Origin: Felis catus
Taxonomy: Eukaryota
Length of the DNA: 64,000 nt
Reading direction: 5' to 3'
Assembly: GCF_018350175.1 (NCBI RefSeq)
Contig: NC_058368.1
Location: 201,130,001-201,194,000, forward strand
The notes under the pieces are model-generated. The model was given only the letters and a program-made list of their open reading frames with translations. It did not search any database and was not told where the DNA came from. Shown here in pieces: positions 25,604 through 38,471 of the stretch (position 1 is its first letter; the number at the start of each line of letters is the position of its first letter). Both the position numbers and the translations under genes were made by a program.

Positions 25604-27009
25604 CAAAAAGAAGAAAATTTTTCTTTCCCTCCAAAACAATTTAAAAAGTCAGTACAGCCCACTACTTTCAAGATAGGAACACATTTCAGTAACATTTAGT
25701 GGAATCAAATTCACTGAAATCTTGTGAAAATTCTTATTGTTTAGGTTCCTTTTTTCTCTCATAGGAAAATAATATGGAGTTAGGGTGGATTGGAATAGAA
25801 ACTCAGATTCTAACAGTATTTTCTCAGCTTTCTAAAGTTTTATGACAAAAAAACAAGGGCACACACAGGCAGTGTATTTGTCAGGTTAATGGGAGGCTCC
25901 ATGCCCAAAACTCCACTAATTTCCAGAACTAGGCGAGTGTAGAGATTTGTCCTCTTGTATTAACTCAAAAATACCTACTACTATGGGATCAGAAGTTCAG
26001 AGATTAGTAAGCCTCTCAAATTTAGTCAGTTAAGACTCTTTATCCAGTTTCAACATCTGACTTTTTTTCAGCATGCAGTCATGCCCCCTATAAAGAACAT
26101 TTGACACACAAAAAAATGCTTTAGAACTGACAAATTAAGGAGATCTTAGCCACATTACAAAAGGGTTAGCTGTGATTAAAAACAGTTTCCATAATGCCAT
26201 TTAAATGTCTTGTTCCACAAAAATGGAAACAATATATATTATTATGAAAGCATTTGTGTGGACAAACTGAGTTGCTTCTGTATGATTAATGAAACAAAGA
26301 CATCTTACGGCTGTCAATATAATTTTCCTCTTAAAATATAAAAATCAGCATTTTGTATTTATGAAAACAGTAGATGGGTACAGATGGATGATAAATAGGT
26401 AAAGTGTAAAACCACACAGATTAACAACAAAGATTAACATTATTATTTGCATATTAGCACAAGACAAAAAAGAATCAATAGGGTTTTGTGTCCAGAACAA
26501 ATATAACACATATGCATAAAGACATACTAGGTCAAGTTTCTTACCCAAAGGAGAGAAGAAAAAGGAAAGAATTCTAATACTCCATATAGATACTTTCTTA
26601 GAGTTTTTATGAGTGAAAAAAAATGCACATTGGGAACCTAGCTTCTTAGATTCCTGCACAACATTTATGCTTACCTCAATCACTCAACATGCTACACAAT
26701 CCAAAGAACAATTTAACTTAGACCTGAAGGGATAGTTGCTGTTCAAAAAGAAAACTCATTTTTAAAACTGATTCGATACGTGTTTTCAACATATATTTCT
26801 CTCTCTCTCTTTTTTTTTGTTTGTTTGACATTTCAGATTTAAGTTCTTCTTGAAACTATAAAACTGGGAATATATAAAGTTTACTTGTGTCTGGTTTCAA
26901 AGATGGCCTCCCCCCCCCTTTTCTTTTCTTTTCTTTTTTATGCACAAAATGTCTGCCAAGCCTGAAAATGATGCAGATCATGTTTCTATGTCTGTTAGGT
27001 GGCGCTTAC

Positions 27010-27320
27010 CAAGCAGTCTGGCTCTGGTCAGGGATTTTTCAACTGCTCACTGTGGTGGAATATTACAGTAGGGGATTGCGAGTGGGGTTAGTGGGAAGGA
27101 GGCTTTGTCCCTGCTGCATTTAAAATTACATCTAATCTTATCAAGGCGCTCCTCATTGTTTCTGGCGGCCGGGAGCAGGTACAGTACTGCTTTTGTTCAA
27201 GTCAGTAGCTTTGCTGAATAAAGTTGAGGGAAAAGCCAAGACTAAATAATTTTCTTTCAGAACCTCATGTGCTGATTGAAAAAATGCTTTGAAAGAGAAC
27301 GAGAGAAGGGTGGGGGAGGG
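27010..27320 (-). promoter_or_regulatory. Candidate tissue-specific promoter and non-coding first exon
   Basis: On minus, in order: CACCC box 27308-27315, SOX AACAATG 27154-27160, TGATAAG 27137-27143, TATA-like TTTTAAAT 27118-27125, then donor TTG|GTAAGC at 27010/27009. Confidence 0.5.
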
Positions 27321-30300
27321 AAGACAGACAGGTAAAGTCACAATAGAAAAGTATCCGTGCAGTAAGGAAAGAAGCAGTGACTTAAAGATTAGGGGGAAAA
27401 CTATTACAGGAAAAAGTTTGCTCAAAAATACTTTAATTCTTATCCTCTTAAATGGATGGGCTCATTTTCTTTGGCAGAATACAATCATCAAATTCAGGGA
27501 AACTACTTTGTCCAACTCTTCTAATTGAGTAAATTGAAAGGTAAACTCCTTTTTTTTTTTTTTAATGGCACATAGCTACAAAGCATTGTTTCTCTTGCAC
27601 AAGGAAATATTCCTAAAACTTGTTTGTACCAAGGGTCCCCCACTAATGTCCCTGGCCTTTTGATATGCTAAAATATAAGTGGAAGAGGCTTTGGTCACTA
27701 TGCTTGAGGTCGTGGCAGACTGAAGACAACTATGTAGTAATAAATCCAAGTTCAAAAACCTTGCTCTGACCAGCTTAGAACAAAACAGAGACATTATAAT
27801 TCCAGCAACCAGAACAATGTAATTATCAGCAAGGAAACAAAAAAAAAAAAACAAAACAAACAAACAAACCCAGTGTTCCATGTGTCAATAAAGATTGCAA
27901 GTTAATTCAGACAGAAATCGTTGGCATTAAGATTTACAAGACATTCCATTACCGTAACTTGAAAATTAAGATGAGAAGTAGCTTGTTCTAACATGTTCGG
28001 TTTTAAAACCTGGTAAAGTCACCTTAGTTACTCACAGACATGCTCTGGAAAATAAAGTTTCTACCCAGGATGACTGCTTTGGATGTTTATCATTTATAAT
28101 AAATAAATTACATTAAAATACATTTAACATATTTTCTGAAGCTCCAAAAATATTTTTCAGTGTGTGTCTTCAGAAGATTAAAAACCAAAGTGATTGAACT
28201 TCCCGATCAATAACAGTCCCACGGTAACTTTATTGTCTATGATTCTCATCTTTATTACCTACAGTGTATACTAATTATAATATTTAGCTTTAATATTATG
28301 GGTAAGAAAGTACCTCAAGCTGTGTGTTATAGAGGAGTGTAGATATAAATTCTGATTAGATACATTTTAGTGATACACTCTCTGTGTTATACTCTTAAAT
28401 AGACAACTATTTTGACACTTTTCAAAATAGTGTGCAGAGAGGATGCAAACATAAAAACTACAGTTTAAGAAATTTACAAATTGCAAAGGTGCATTTTGTA
28501 CTTTGGTAGATCGCTGTAAGTAACATATGACTAAAATTAACGTTCACATTATTTTTGATACATTAAAATCAAGTGTATACAAGTCAAAGCATTTTAAAGT
28601 TATACTGTAAGTACTTTAACTATCACCTTTTGTTCTTATATCCATTTGTTGTCTCGATCATCATGGAACCATTTGATTAATAGCTGCTATAATCATCGTG
28701 CAAAGTTGCTAAAATGAATTATAATCATGGTTTTTATGATAGTTTTCTTTAAATCAAACAGAGTCAGATGTTCTATATACATTTTGTCATTTGGTTGCAT
28801 TTCAAGTCATCTATTAAAAATAGTAAAGTGTCATCTATTTAAATGGATCGTTCTTTAGCATAAAATCTTGTATAAACTGCCTTTGTGCCTTTGCATTCAC
28901 TTTAATTGTTCAGGGAGAAAGATTCATCACATAACTGATCACATTCAAAACTCACCTATTGCTGTTAATGTTTTATTGTGTTTTATAATTTGGTTATAGA
29001 AATCAAGAGACAGTATATATGTCACATTTGCAACAGCCAAATTAATGAAATGTTCAATTAACACATTTCAAAATGGGGTTTTAAAATTATGTCATGACCC
29101 CTTAAAATGTCCTTTTCTTGCTTGACCTTTATTCTAGATGTCTTTTGCTTCTGCTACTAAAAATGCTTACATATCTCAATACTGTTACCATTCACAGGAG
29201 ATATAAAATCATGATTCTCACTGTTAGTCATACTGAATAAAGACTTCCTTACTTTAAACGTTTTTTTAGAAATGGAAAAGGGATTGGGTCTTAGTTTTTA
29301 CTGACTAACTGGATTCTAGATTGCGCACTTACTTTGACTTTCCTTAAATAATTTCTGCAATTTTTATTAAATAAATCAGATTTCACTTTCCCTTTTCCCA
29401 AACTGATCTCACACTGAGTGTTAATTAAAAGCTAGGGCTTGAGGTGGAAGAAAGAACTGGGGGAGGAAGAGTAGAAAGGGTTCCTAAAAATAAAAGGGGG
29501 GAGGTCCAGCTCTTCTGGCTGTTGTTAATTCTCCTCACATACAAATTTGAAACATCTTGTTCTTTTGTTCCTAAGATGTCTCCTTTATTCCTCAGTTGAA
29601 TATAAAGATTCAGTGGAGAGTTCGAGGGTGCTGAGGATTTATTACAACCAAAGAAAATCAGGGGAGATCAATTCAGATATTTTCAACTATGTGTACTTAT
29701 GCAATACATCATTTAGAGATGGTTAAATCTGGACATCCTTGATTTTGAAAACAAGAAAACTGACACATAAGAAGATGAATTGATTTTACCACGAGCTATA
29801 GCCCATCAGCGATATCACCCTGAATGCTAAATTAAAACTCATGTTTTAGGAGATATTCTAATTATTTGACTCTCTTGCAATTTTGGAAAATAAACTTCCA
29901 ATGGGGAGAAAAAAAGCCTCTTTCTCTTCACAATTAGTCAAATTATTTGCTTGAAATAGTGACTAATTTGGTTGCCTTCCTATGTACTGATGCTCATTAA
30001 ACATTCATCTCCTAGAATAGGGGGCCGTATTTTTACTGACTTCTGCAATGTGGTCTCTATGCTGTGAACAAGTGCCTTAATGATACTTTGAGCACATCCG
30101 TCCTGTACACAACACAACTTCCATATCAACTATAGTGAAAATCACATATGCTCAAAGGATATTCAAAATTATAGGTGACTTCATAAGATGTTTTGATTGG
30201 ATTAGGGGAAAGCTCGGGCTTTTATTAAAGATTTAATTCAGTAATAGTCAATGACAAAGTGTTCTCATCACAAGCTCCAAGTGCATTACCCAGTTGCAGA

Positions 30301-30659
30301 TTTTTCTATGCTGAGTCTCATCCACCACGGCCCTAACCCAGCTCCTGTCCCTTTAATTCCGAGCCAGGGGAGACCTTTGTAGGAGCATAGGAGCCTCTCA
30401 TGTCCAGCCGCAGGTTCCTTCTCCACCGTCTCCTTCACCCTTGCCTCCCTCAAATTGAAGAAGCTCAACAGAAGGGAAGTAAAATTGAGGGGGGGGCGGT
30501 GAGGGACTCAAGGCCCAGGGATTCTACCAGTTCAGCCTTGTGGCTTAATGAATATTATTTGTTACGATTTGACAAAGTGGTTGAATAGCCTTTGAAGGAC
30601 AGAAAACCCCCATAGAAGACCCCTACCCCCATAGAAAACTGTAGTCTGAGTTCCCACCA

Positions 30660-30697
30660 GTTTTGTTTTGTTTTGTTTTGTTTTGTTTTGTTTTGTT
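30660..30697. repeat. (GTTTT)n microsatellite
   Basis: Read directly from sequence. Confidence 0.9.
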
Positions 30698-31451
30698 TCT
30701 TTCCAACAAACCCTACTCATAAACTGGAGCTGTGTATTCTAAGGAGATACAAAAACAACAAAATTCCAAATTAAAGAATGGAGTGCTCAGGCATACTCTT
30801 CACAGGTAGGTTGCAATTCCAGCAGCCCCCAGCAAATCCAAAACAGCAAATACCCACACCATTTTACAGGAAGTTGTCAGACAAAAACAAGTTGTCATTC
30901 TGGTATCTGGGGATGAGAAAGAAAAAGCAAGAACTCAAAACTTGACAGGCGGTGTCTTTAGGTAGAGAGAGAGAAACAGTCTTACATTCTTCATTAACAT
31001 TAGTTTTTGTTAATTAGGAAAGTTCCTACTGTGAAAAATACTACCAGAAATGCCAGACGAAATGTCCCCAGACACAGTTCAATATTAGTGACATAGCAAA
31101 TATGTCAGGCTAGGAGTTTCACAAGTGCTGATTTATAGATCTGATATTTAATTTATTGTAAGATTTCTCTTACTGTAATAGATTTTCTGGTTATATATCT
31201 CTAATAAAAATTTATTTTATATTTTTTCTCATTTTTAAAAATGAACCTCTATTTTCCAAGGAAACCAGCTTCCAAATACTTAATGATAAGTTTAAGTTCT
31301 GGTGAGTTGAAAATATAAGCTGTGAGTTGCTTGTCTTTTCTACAAACATGCTGCTTTATCGGAAGTTCTTTACACTTCTGCTCATTTTCCGTGTATCGGC
31401 ATGGATGACCCCGAACACTACAAAGTTACAACTGTTTCACTGCATGATTTT

Positions 31452-31677
31452 TTTTTTTTTGTAAATTTTTTTTTCAACGTTTATTTATTTTTGGGACAGA
31501 GAGAGACAGAGCATGAACGGGGGAGGGGCAGAGAGAGAGGGAGACACAGAATCGGAAACAGGCTCCAGGCTCTGAGCCATCAGCCCAGAGCCTGACGCGG
31601 GGCTCGAACTCACGGACCGCGAGATCGTGACCTGGCTGAAGTCGGACGCTTAACCGACTGCGCCACCCAGGCGCCCC
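31452..31677 (-). mobile_element. Very young CAN-SINE (SINEC_Fc-type)
   Basis: CpGs retained (GGCGCAGTCGGTTAAGCGTCCGAC..CACGATCTCGCGGTCCGTG); perfect TSD TCACTGCATGATTTT at 31437 and 31678. Confidence 0.97.
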
Positions 31678-32990
31678 TCACTGCATGATTTTAATCGGGG
31701 CATAATCAACTCAGATTCTTTTTAGTTGGACGGAAGTGAAATGAGGGGTTTGGGAATATTGCATGTATTGTGACATATGCTTGCCAATCCCAGGAACAGC
31801 CTGATGGGAGGTAGAAAAATGGTAATAGACACAAGATAGATTTATCGGGGGATATTTGCTTTGTCAGTTCTTACATGGAAACCAATCTTGTGCTGCCTCA
31901 TTTTTTTCCTCGTTTTACCCTGAATTGCTTCCCCAACCACTTTACAAAATCTTTCATTTTCCAAATTTCAAAGATTTCCAAAATCTTTCGACTGGTCTGA
32001 AGTTGCTGATCTGCGTTGCAAAGACATTTTCTCTGTGATAGACCCAGCAACATGCATTCTGTTCTTGAGCCAGACCTTACGTTTCTGCTCACGCTCCAGA
32101 TGAATCCAGGAGGGCCGCGATGAGATGAGTGGAGTCAAGCGGCCTGTTGGATGCTTTGGCTCTTAAACTTTCACCAGCAGCCCACTCTCAGTCTCCTCTC
32201 ACAAAATAGTCTTCGCAGAAGTGGAGAACTTTCTGATGAAGTTTCCCCATGACCCACAATAGTTGAATTGACTACTTTTTAAGTGTCCTAATTTTGTGCA
32301 ATTTAGACTCTTTCTGTAGGAAATAAAGATCCCCCCTTTTTAAAGCTCAACCCACACAATTATAACAAAATGTTTCTTTTTAGTCCAAAAGAAAATATGT
32401 GTAAGTTTTTGAGGTCATCTAAATGTGACCAAACTGACACTCAGCAAAATAACCTGCCGCTGAGCTAGAAATCCAGAATGTTTCTTCTCTGGCTCACACA
32501 CTAGCATTCCTCATGGCATGTAACTCTTATCAGTTCGAAGCTGTTGAAGCATTCTAAAATTTAGGATAAGTGCTTGAAGAGTCTAGAGCAAAAAATAATA
32601 GAAATACATTTCGGTTGTTGTGATTTGGAAGAACACATCTTCTTCCCCTGGGGGCTTAATGAACGCTGCAAATTTTACCCTGATGTTTAAAATGCATTGA
32701 CAGCCTTTCTAATGTTCCTTAATCAGCTTTAATTTCTTAGTTCTTGTAGTTGGCAGTATTATTGTATTTGAAAACGATAAAAAGAATCATTCAGGAGATT
32801 TTTTTTCCTCTTTTCTTTCATTCCATCTTAATAATCTAAGGCATAGAGAGTGATAATGCACTGAGTTCCAATAGCTTTTGATATTCACCCACCAAACTGT
32901 TCAGGAGAGAGAAAGACCAAACAGGAAAGAATAAAAAGTCTGGTTTTTATCCTATGAAAACTCCAAGTTTTTTTCTCTTTTGCCCCGTAG

Positions 32991-33249
32991 GTGGTAACCA
33001 GGGACTTTCAGCGTGCAGAGACCCTTCGCCGTAGCATTTGCTCGGGAATGCCAACAGGGTCCAGTTTTGTTGTGCAAATGGTTGAAACGTGTGTTTATGT
33101 CACCTGAGGAAATAACCTTCTCGAAGAAACTAAGTCTGTCCTGGGTTGAGATGGGACCAAGCAATCTGAAACATGGCTCATCTGCAGCCGTGTCTTTCTG
33201 CACCAAGCTGCTTCTGGTCATTTCCAAACAATATATCATGGAAAAACAT
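32991..33249 (+). other. Candidate non-coding exon (plus strand)
   Basis: Acceptor TTTTTTCTCTTTTGCCCCGTAG|G and donor CAT|GTATGT; stops in all three frames. Confidence 0.3.
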
Positions 33250-33554
33250 GTATGTAATATATTTTAAGGGCAAATGAGAACTGCTTCATCCGCCTGCTTA
33301 AAGAAGTTAACAGGATTCAATAAATTATTTTACAAATATTTTCCTTCTCGATGGTAACTGAGAGGTCATAGCACCGTGGATCAATATATATTTGGGAATT
33401 TTTTCTCAACTAAATTTGACCAACCTACATCTGACTTCAGATGACCTCTAGTCAGATTTCCAGGAGGAAGAAAATCTCAAGAAGTGTCTTTTCTGGACCA
33501 AAGGGCTATGGCATCATGTCAAAGATTTGTGTTTGAATTCTAGCTCTGCCATTA

Positions 33555-34000
33555 ATTTACTCAGCAAATACTTATTGAAAGCCTAGTATCTTCCAGGCAC
33601 TATAGTTATCTATCACTGGATATACGATGGTAAGTAAGAAAGTCATCATCAAGCAAATAGGCAATTGTGACACAGGATAATAAAAGCTATGACAAAGAAG
33701 TACAGCATTCGGAAGCCCCTGGGAAGAGCACTGTATTAGTTTCTTATGACTGCTGTACCAATCTGTCAAAACTTGGTGACTTAGAATAATATAAATGTAT
33801 TTAGATGACAATTCTGGGGGTCAGAAATCTGAAATGCAACTCATTGGGCTAATATCAAAGGGCCAGCACAGCTATGTTCCTTCTAGAGGTTCTAGGAAAG
33901 AATCGTTTGTTTTCTTTTGCCTTTTCCAGCTTCTAGAGGCTCTCTGCCTTCCCTAGCTTGTCTCCTTTTCCACCTTTAAAGTTATCAATGACCAATGGAG

Positions 34001-34033
<33 letters not shown>

Positions 34034-35310
34034 TCATGTTACAAATCTTTGACACTGAATCTTCTGCCTCCCTATTCTACTTATAGGGACTTTTACAATT
34101 GCATTGGGCCCACCTAGATAATCCAGGATAATCTCTCTATTTCAAGGCCACCTGATTAGCAACCTATATTGCATCTATAAGCTTAATCTACCCTTTCCAG
34201 GTAACAAAACATATACACAGGTCTAGGATTAGGACTAGAATGTGGACATCTTTGAGGGCTGTTATTCTGCCTATCATAAGCAAGATGGAGTGAGAAGGAT
34301 ACGGAGTGAAGAAAGGCTTCTAAGAGGGTTGAAATGTAAGATAAGTCTTAAAGGATAAGGAGAATTTAGGTAGATAAACAGAAGACTTGGCAGGGGTGGG
34401 AGTGGGCTTCTTTGTTTTGGTTATAGCAACAGCATGTTTAAGGGCCCAGGGGGTGAACAGAACATGGCACATGGGAAGACAAAAGAAAAAATTAACTGTA
34501 ACTTAAGCAGAGACTGTGAGGGTAAGAGGATGTCCTGCAAGAGACTAAGCCCTATGGTAAGCAGTTATGCAAGACATCGGGAAAGATGATAAGAGTTCAG
34601 GAGCGTGTTAACTAGCATGAAGACAGGAAATTCGGAGAACAACATGATTGACACATTTGAGCAATGTGTCACCCTGGGTCGGCAAACCCCATGTTTGGGG
34701 GAGCATTGAAGGAGGGTGGGACAGTTAACAGGATAGAAAAAAAAAAGTTCGCTGTAGCTAACTTAGGTGGAAGGTCACAGACGATCCTGGGTAACTCTGC
34801 ATGGAAGAAGTCATAGCAAAATTGATTAAATTCAAAATGAATGAATTGCAATTGTGACTAGTGCCATGAAAGAGAAGTGCGGTGTGCAAGCACCATACAC
34901 ATCAGAAGCCCTAGACTTAGCTGAGGGTCAGAGAAAAATTAAGAAGAAATATTTAAGCTGAAATCTGAATAATAATTAAGAGATCACTAGATGAAGGGGG
35001 AGGGACTTCCAGCAAGAGAGAACAGCAAACACACAGAGCTTACGGTAGGAAGGAGCGTGATCTATTCCAGAAGCCAAAAGACTAGTACCTACAGAGAGAG
35101 AGAGAGAAGACGGGGAAAAAGGAGAGTTGGACAAATCGAGGCTGGTGGGGTACAAGGATGGCAGTGGGTGTGCGATCGTCGAGTTCTGTAGGGACTGTTA
35201 AGGATTGGAAACACGGTCCTGAGAGCAGTGAGATGCTACCCAAAAGAATGGCCTGACTGAACTATCCTTTATAAAGATCATCTGGCTGCAGTATGGCGAA
35301 AGGATCCAAG
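33555..35310 (-). mobile_element. L2 relics, interrupted by an MLT1 LTR
   Basis: TCAGCAAATACTTATTGAAAGCCTA (reverse complement of L2 3' end) followed by purine-rich L2-like sequence; probably more than one fragment. Confidence 0.65.
33732..34278 (-). mobile_element. MaLR solo LTR (MLT1C/D-like)
   Basis: TGTATTAGTTTC... and ...TTATTCTGCCTATCATA termini; internal GGGCCCACCTAGATAATCCAGGATAATCTC motif; (GTT)n at ~34000-34030. Confidence 0.85.
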
Positions 35311-35469
35311 GAGGTAAAAACAATCCACCTGCGAAAGAGCTCTGTCGTTTGCTTGGACAGAAATGCTGTATAAAGCAGAAAGAGAAGCAATCACTGCTGG
35401 GAGGAAAAATGACTACCGTTGATTCTGCCTTCCAGAGAATTGGCATAATTCATCTCTGGGGAGATGGCT

Positions 35470-35481
35470 TTGTTTTTTTTT

Positions 35482-35520
<39 letters not shown>
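35470..35520. repeat. Poly(T) tract
   Basis: Read directly from sequence. Confidence 0.9.
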
Positions 35521-35521
<1 letters not shown>

Positions 35522-35849
35522 AGAAAAACATCTTCATGGTGTAAGCTGTTTCCTTTCATCGAGAAAGGTCAAGTCTCTGACCTTTTCGTCCCTAGATGTT
35601 TGGGGCTGGATGGAGGAGCTAAAAATCAAAGCTGCCTGTTACTCTGCAGTTTAAAGTGAGAAGAATTTGGTTGTGATGCAGGCAGCCCAGGATAAGGGCC
35701 TGGGAATGAGGAGAACAGGGAGTTGCCAGAAAGATCCAGGGAAAAAAAAAAAAAATTAAGAGGGCTCCTGGAATATAGCTGGAGGCTGGAGCGCCTAAGG
35801 GCACATAGCCATGAAAAGCTTCCGATGGAGGGGATGGCTGACAAATTAC

Positions 35850-35927
35850 TTGAAACATTCATATCTGTACCTGACATTAAAGTTGAAGTATTTTCAGACC
35901 TGTAATTACTTTCTGTAACTGTCAAGC
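35850..35927 (-). other. Candidate exon (78 nt)
   Basis: Acceptor CATTTTACCGCAG|, donor CAA|GTAATT (alternative CAG|GTACAG at 35871); weak. Confidence 0.2.
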
Positions 35928-36738
35928 CTGCGGTAAAATGTTGCCACTCATAGGAGCCCCAATTTGCGGTGCTTTGCTAGGGTACAGGAACAGGAGCAGC
36001 ACCCCGAGGCCAGCGCAGGCATGAACACCCACAGGAACAAACAGCCGGCCGTGGTCCAGAGCAAGAAACAGCACGGGGAAGTCACAGATGTGCACTCACA
36101 TAGGAGCACATGCACTCCAGCAACACTCCAGAAAGATTCGGGAGGATTCTGGGCTTCCCACAGTAGAGTTCAAGGCATTTGATTTAGATATTAAAGTTAA
36201 GGATCACCATAGGAAACTTGCAGATACGAAAATAGGAAACATCTGGATTGTAGTCGTTTATATTTGGGGTTAAACCAAACATGATACTTGCTTGATAGCT
36301 ATGACCATTTAATGTTCGTTCCCAGCTGAGAAAGTCTTGACACTATTTTTTAGAAATTTTCCACTGAGGCTATTTTTGTAGATGTAACTAATAGCTTACT
36401 GAATAAAGAAATGTCCTAAGGGTCAAGTGTTACATACTATGCAAAATGAAATAGAATATTCTCTTGATCAGAATTTTTCAACTGTCAGAATGCATCAATG
36501 TGCTGCAAAGATGCATGTTGTGATGTCATTCCTGCTGCTTTTCTACCAAGTTCTGGCCACAATGACAAAAAAGTCTGATCTTTATATACTGACTATCACA
36601 ACCAAAGCTAATAATCAAAAAATAAGCTTTATATCATGTGGTCTCTATTAAAATACCAAAACACAGGAAAACTTTTAATAAAACATTTTTATTCCAGGGA
36701 CTTGCCCAAGCATTTTTTTCTTGTAATTTTTAGCTTAC

Positions 36739-36835
36739 TTGAGTTTACAGAAGGATTTCATCTGCTTTTGCAGATTCACTGGTCATAATGAGGACATTAA
36801 GAGGCCAGCTGTTACCCAAGACATTTTGTGAGTAT
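36739..36835 (-). other. Candidate exon (97 nt)
   Basis: Acceptor ATATTTTACTACAG|, donor CAA|GTAAGC. Confidence 0.35.
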
Positions 36836-37947
36836 CTGTAGTAAAATATGCACACATAAAGCAAAATAAAAATTCAGGATGAATTGTGTGGGACATTTTT
36901 ATAAGCCTACGTAGTCATAGCTATCCAGATGAATCATGGCAAAAATTGTAATTACAAAAAAAAGCTATCCAGATAGTTGTGAGAAAGGCAGAATCCCCCT
37001 TACTTCTCTACATTGTGTTAAATATGGCTTGAAGTCCGTATTCGTGAAAAATGTCAGCTCTTAACTTCATTATGTTTTCTGTTCACCTGTGATTATTTAG
37101 AAACTTCTACAGTCAGTATTAAGTTTCAAGTCAAAGAAATGTAAATGGTCTTTTTCTGTAAGTCTTCTTTCATTTTCCTTTATTTATATTCCAAAATGTT
37201 CAGCTCAATAATGACACAGGTTTCCAAAAGAAAGCAGGTTTCCATGACATCAGTTCTACAAAAGGCACAAATAAATTATTTTGCGAGGTAATATTAGTTT
37301 TGCCTTTGCCATTCACCTACTCAATCCTATTTGAACTAGAACCTATGATAGGTCAGACAATCAGTATGTGATTCTCATGAACCATGTGGAAATGGCCAGC
37401 AACACCCCTTGTGCCCACAACGTTCACGGAGAAATAAAAGACAAGAAATGCTGTGTGGATGCATTTATTCCATAAGTATAAATTCATATCTTGCTTTTCT
37501 TTTTTTTCAAGAATGTATTCTATGAGATTTGTACCACAAACTCTGTTTCTATCATTTTGTAATTACTAACAGGCCAGGGGAAGTATTAGCATTAAAGGCA
37601 ATCTGTTTTCCAAGAAAACCGTAATCTGTCACATTGTCCAGAATTGATTTTCTTAATCCTCATATTTTATCAATTTAATTAAATACAATTCAAACGATCA
37701 ACTCTTAATATCCTTCCCATTAGTTTGGTTGTAGAATTATTAAAAAAGTCTGTGGTACACAGTCACCTTTTTAAGAGGAAAAAATATGCTCAAAATTGAA
37801 GCACACTTCCTTCTTTCTACCTTGCTTATAATAGTGAATAGGTGTGAAGCACTATCAGGGTGGTTCAACATCGTGCTAAGCACTGTTAATTCATTATCTC
37901 ATTCATTCTCACAAGAACTCAAGGCTGTTAGGTAGCAGTATCTATAG

Positions 37948-38144
37948 TCAATGGTTCTCAAACTTGAGCGTGTCTCAGGATCATGTGGAGGTAAAACACT
38001 CGTTAAAACACTCGCTGCATTCCATCCTCAGAGTTTCTGATTCCGTCAGTCTAGCTAGGTGAAGGCCTGGGAATTTCCATCTTGAGGAGGTTCCCGGGCA
38101 GTGCTGGTGCTGCTGGTATGTGGACCACACTTTGAAACCCACTT
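37948..38144 (+). mobile_element. MER5A-like hAT DNA transposon inside a MIR
   Basis: CAATGGTTCTCAAACTTGAGCGTG...CCACACTTTGAAACCCACT termini and CAGAGTTTCTGATTC core. Confidence 0.85.
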
Positions 38145-38145
38145 C

Positions 38146-38471
38146 TAGGGATCGGGTTTCAGAGTACGATGGCTCACAGGCCAAACCCAGGCAACTGGGC
38201 TTTTTCTTGTTGAGTCCACAAGATAAGATTGGTTTTAGTTTTGAATAGTGAAAAAAAATTCAAAAGAATATTTTGTGACACACAAAAAAATCATATGAAA
38301 GTCAAATTCAGTATCCATAAACAATGTTTTACTGGAATGCAGCATGCTTGTTCATTTATGTATTGCCTACAGCTGCTTCCACACCACAGCAGCAGAGTTG
38401 AGTGGCTGTAAAAGACACAACATGGCCTGCAAAGCCTACCCGGCCCTTCACAGGAAAAGTCTGCCAATCTC
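38146..38471 (+). mobile_element. MER58-like hAT DNA transposon
   Basis: GGCTCACAGGCCAAACCC start; TTTTACTGGAATGCAGC..TTCATTTATGTATTG..GAAAAGTCTGCCAATCTC end. Confidence 0.75.

Noticed and set aside
25130..25699. 189-aa lysine-rich ORF and overlapping Phe-rich antisense ORFs
   Set aside because: Product of the stop-free purine tract; low complexity, non-ATG start
27179..27192. GTACAGTACTG resembling the miR-101 5' end
   Set aside because: Match stops after about 10 nt, with no precursor hairpin
36936..36955. Resemblance to the MADE1 mariner terminal repeat
   Set aside because: MADE1 is primate-specific and the match is short, with mismatches
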